A DNA stretch of 64,000 bases from a virus. Where the stretch lies: IMG/VR virus record IMGVR_UViG_3300003663_000013; one strand, written 5' to 3'. The position numbers and the translations under genes were made by a program. Below are positions 61,267 to 64,000 of the stretch, piece after piece. The notes beneath the pieces were generated by a model. The model was given only the letters and a program-made list of their open reading frames with translations, ran no database searches and was not told the DNA's origin. The number at the start of each line of letters is the position of its first letter. Position 1 is the first letter of the stretch.

Positions 61267-64000
61267 ATGGCAAAAAAGAAAGAAGACAGCCATAATTATC
61301 CACAAAGCTTGTCAGAACTCTCTAAGATGAAATCAGAATTAGAAATGTTAGAGCTATTTCACATAGAAAAGGCTCTAACTTCTAATGATCCTAGAGCATA
61401 TATAGAAGCTAAGACACATATAAAAAACATAGAAGAAAAGAAAAAGACAGATTTACGTTCTTTTTCTTTCTCTCCTGATGGTGATTATTACACAGGACAA
61501 GGTTATAGATACAAACCAATGGGTTTAAGTAATGACCTGTTGAGAAATATGTCTAATACACCACAGATAAAAGCCATTATAAACACCCGAATAGAACAAG
61601 CAAGTAACTTCAACAAGTTTTCTTTAGACATGCAAAAACCAGGATGGACTATTAAAAGAAAATCTGGGTTATTTGATGAAAAAGAAAAAGAACTAAGTGA
61701 CCAAGATAAAAGAACCATAGAAGCAGTTTACCAATTCATGGAAAATGGAGGCAAATTAGGACAATGGGATTTTGATGGTTGGGAAACATTTACAAGGAAA
61801 TTATATGAGGATAGTTGGGGATTAGATCAAGGAGTATTTGAAGTAGCAGTAGATAGAATTGGACGCCCCAGTTCTTTTGATGTATATGACGGTGGAACTT
61901 TCTACCTGGCAGAACATAGATACAAAACGGAAGCAGAAAGAAAACAACTGGAAGCATTTATGATAAATGGATACTTACCTCGTTACGTTCAAGTAATAAA
62001 GAACAAAGTACAAAGAGAGTATTATCCATGGGAATTGTGTTTCGGAGTAAGAAATGCAAATTCAAGTATAAAATTAAATGGATATGGATTGAGTGAAAAC
62101 GAAGTATTGATTCAGATTATAACATGGATGTTGAATGCAAACTCCTATAATGGCAATTTTTTCTGTATTTCTGAAGATAGTAGAATTGTTACAGATTTAG
62201 GTATTAGAGATATTAAGAGTTTAGTGGATTACGATAGTTTTAAAGTATATGATGGAGTTGAGTGGATTAATGCTAAGGCTTATAAAACAAGAGTAGATGA
62301 TTTATATGAGACAAGGCTTTATAATGGATTGAAATTAAAAACATCTAAAGAACATAGATTTTTAATATTTAGAGAAGGTAGTACAGAACCGATATGGATA
62401 GAACAAAAAGACCTTGAAGTAGGTGATCTTTGTATGGTTGAGATAAATTCTCACAATATGTTTAATCCTGATGATTATTTTATAGGAAAAGAGTATTACA
62501 GAGAGTTTACTAATCCTACGAAAGAAGCTATATTAAGAAAGCCAAACACATTCACCCCTACTATAGAGATGGTTGAGGACGAAGAATTTTGGGAGATGAT
62601 TGGTTTTGCTATGGGAGATGGTAATTGGCAAAAACACATTTTACAAATATTCCTTCATTGGGAGAAAGATAAAGAATTATTTAAAAAATTCTCTGATGTG
62701 TGTAAAAGGTATAATATTAGATATCAAAAGAGAGTTATAAATAAGAAAGTTACAAGAGGAGATAGGATTAAAGGCTATCCAGCAATATTTATTTATCATG
62801 CAACTTTTATGGACTGGTTGATAGATATAGGGCTTGGATATAGTAGAGATAAGAAAATTCCTTTGAGTGTATTTAATTTACCAGATAATTTAAAAGGAGC
62901 ATTTTTAAGAGGTTGGTTTTCTGCTGATGGACATTCTGAGAAAAATGTCTCGGGATACAAAACTCCTACTTTATGTTGTGTAAATGACGATCTTAGACAA
63001 GATGCTATACAATTATTATTGAGTTTAGGTATTGCTGCGAAAGAAGCAGGACGTGGTTATAAAAACTATAAAGGCAGAAGTATTATAATTTTTGTTCAAG
63101 ATGTTGTTAGCTTTGTAGATAAAGTTGGATATATACAAGATTATAAGAACGAAGGAGTTTTTAGAAACAAACGAACTCAACACAAATGGGATCTATTGCC
63201 GAATTCTTTGGCTTTAGATATTTTGAATAAATATTATGTAGGGAGAGCTGATATAACTAAAGTTAAAAATCAAGTTAAGGGTGGTGGTAGAATAAGTAGA
63301 GGTAGGTTAATAAGGTTATTAAATGAAGCAAATATCGAGATACCATCTATTTTAAACTATCATTTTATTAAGATAGAGAATGTGGGTAGAGAAAGTATTG
63401 GGGTAGAACAATTATATGATATTGAAGTGTTTAGTGACAAACACATTTTCTTATCTAATTTTGTTGCAGTTCACAATAGCCAGGGAAGTAACCCGAAAGG
63501 TATATTAAACTTCAAGGACAATGTTAACCCTACTAAATTAGAAGAATTTAAACAAGCATGGTCGAATACATTAAGTGGTTACAAAAATTCCCACAAATTA
63601 GCCGCAATATCAGGAGGAAATCTTGAGTGGTTAAACATGCAATTGTCGAATCGTGATATGGAATTCCACAAATGGAGTGAGTTCCTAACTGTATTAGCCT
63701 GTACTGTATTTAGAATAGATCCTGATGAAGTAGGATTCCACTTAGAAGGAAGTAAAGGAATGTTTGGTCAAGATGGTCAAAAAGAAAGATTAAAACATTC
63801 TAAAGAAAAAGGGTTGGAACCATTCATGAAATTTTGGCAAAAGAAATTCACAAAATACTTAGTTGGACCATTAACAGACGGTAAATTCGAATTCCAATTT
63901 ACAGGATTGGAACCAGACGATGAAGAAGCACAATTAAAAAGAGATATAGAGATACTTACTAATGCAGGTATGTCAGTACAAGACTTCTTTATGAAGTATT
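61267..64000 (+). CDS. portal protein, interrupted by an intein (3' end outside window)
   Basis: Frame translated by eye from the ATG at 61267 and still open at the window end, so it is absent from the track. The exteins join as SYNGNFF|SQGSNPKGIL, a portal-like motif. Confidence 0.65.
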   Translation, partial: MAKKKEDSHNYPQSLSELSKMKSELEMLELFHIEKALTSNDPRAYIEAKTHIKNIEEKKKTDLRSFSFSPDGDYYTGQGYRYKPMGLSNDLLRNMSNTPQIKAIINTRIEQASNFNKFSLDMQKPGWTIKRKSGLFDEKEKELSDQDKRTIEAVYQFMENGGKLGQWDFDGWETFTRKLYEDSWGLDQGVFEVAVDRIGRPSSFDVYDGGTFYLAEHRYKTEAERKQLEAFMINGYLPRYVQVIKNKVQREYYPWELCFGVRNANSSIKLNGYGLSENEVLIQIITWMLNANSYNGNFFCISEDSRIVTDLGIRDIKSLVDYDSFKVYDGVEWINAKAYKTRVDDLYETRLYNGLKLKTSKEHRFLIFREGSTEPIWIEQKDLEVGDLCMVEINSHNMFNPDDYFIGKEYYREFTNPTKEAILRKPNTFTPTIEMVEDEEFWEMIGFAMGDGNWQKHILQIFLHWEKDKELFKKFSDVCKRYNIRYQKRVINKKVTRGDRIKGYPAIFIYHATFMDWLIDIGLGYSRDKKIPLSVFNLPDNLKGAFLRGWFSADGHSEKNVSGYKTPTLCCVNDDLRQDAIQLLLSLGIAAKEAGRGYKNYKGRSIIIFVQDVVSFVDKVGYIQDYKNEGVFRNKRTQHKWDLLPNSLALDILNKYYVGRADITKVKNQVKGGGRISRGRLIRLLNEANIEIPSILNYHFIKIENVGRESIGVEQLYDIEVFSDKHIFLSNFVAVHNSQGSNPKGILNFKDNVNPTKLEEFKQAWSNTLSGYKNSHKLAAISGGNLEWLNMQLSNRDMEFHKWSEFLTVLACTVFRIDPDEVGFHLEGSKGMFGQDGQKERLKHSKEKGLEPFMKFWQKKFTKYLVGPLTDGKFEFQFTGLEPDDEEAQLKRDIEILTNAGMSVQDFFMKY
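62164..63477 (+). mobile_element. intein with LAGLIDADG homing-endonuclease domain (438 aa) in portal
   Basis: Starts with Cys (CISEDSRIV) and ends VAVHN, followed by Ser +1. Contains LAGLIDADG blocks FWEMIGFAMGDGNW and LKGAFLRGWFSADGH. Confidence 0.8.

Noticed and set aside
1-64000. Search by eye for tRNA genes (GTTCGAATC/GTTCAAATC-type T-loops with matching acceptor stems), rRNA and CRISPR repeat-spacer arrays.
   Set aside because: None was found. The only T-loop-like string (GGTCGATTCGG at 59464) has no cloverleaf context. The repeats present are hairpin sites, iterons and duplicated promoter/terminator blocks, not CRISPR.

Overview
The window is one continuous stretch of a large, AT-rich tailed dsDNA phage genome. 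Every convincing gene is on the + strand; all minus-strand ORFs in the track look like antisense artefacts. Most genes lack Shine-Dalgarno sequences, and recurrent TTTG(-33)/TAnnTTT(-7) promoter-like boxes point to a Bacteroidetes (Flavobacteriia-type) host. That host assignment is inference.

Recognisable content:
- End of a structural operon (1-1254).
- Replication, recombination and nucleotide-metabolism module: DnaQ-like exonuclease, DnaB-like helicase, primase, DnaE-type polymerase, RecA, SbcCD-like nuclease, RuvC-like resolvase, RNase H, class II RNR, two dUTPases and three DNA methyltransferases.
- A 7-deazaguanine (preQ0-type) DNA-modification cluster: queD, queE, folE, a DpdA-like transglycosylase and queC.
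- A lysis cassette with an amidase.
- Large terminase and portal genes. Three genes are interrupted by inteins: terminase, QueC and portal.

Most unusual observation: two G+C-richer islands (about 1.93-6.21 kb and 52.3-54.6 kb) are organised like integron gene-cassette arrays.
- Small ORFs are separated by imperfect hairpin sites bounded by inverse-core and core-like 7-mers, often the textbook GCCTAAC / GTTAGGC.
- Stop codons sit inside the inverse core.
- The 6 nt after the G of each core site are complementary to the inverse core of the NEXT site, which is the footprint of G|TT cassette insertion.
- Both arrays end at the same junction sequence, next to a decayed tyrosine-recombinase gene.

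Other items worth a second look:
- An orphan promoter-terminator unit (candidate ncRNA).
- Iteron-like repeats.
- An over-represented 15-nt palindrome.
- A frameshifted homing-endonuclease-like gene beside queD.
- A duplicated terminator/promoter cassette.

No tRNA, rRNA or CRISPR array was seen.
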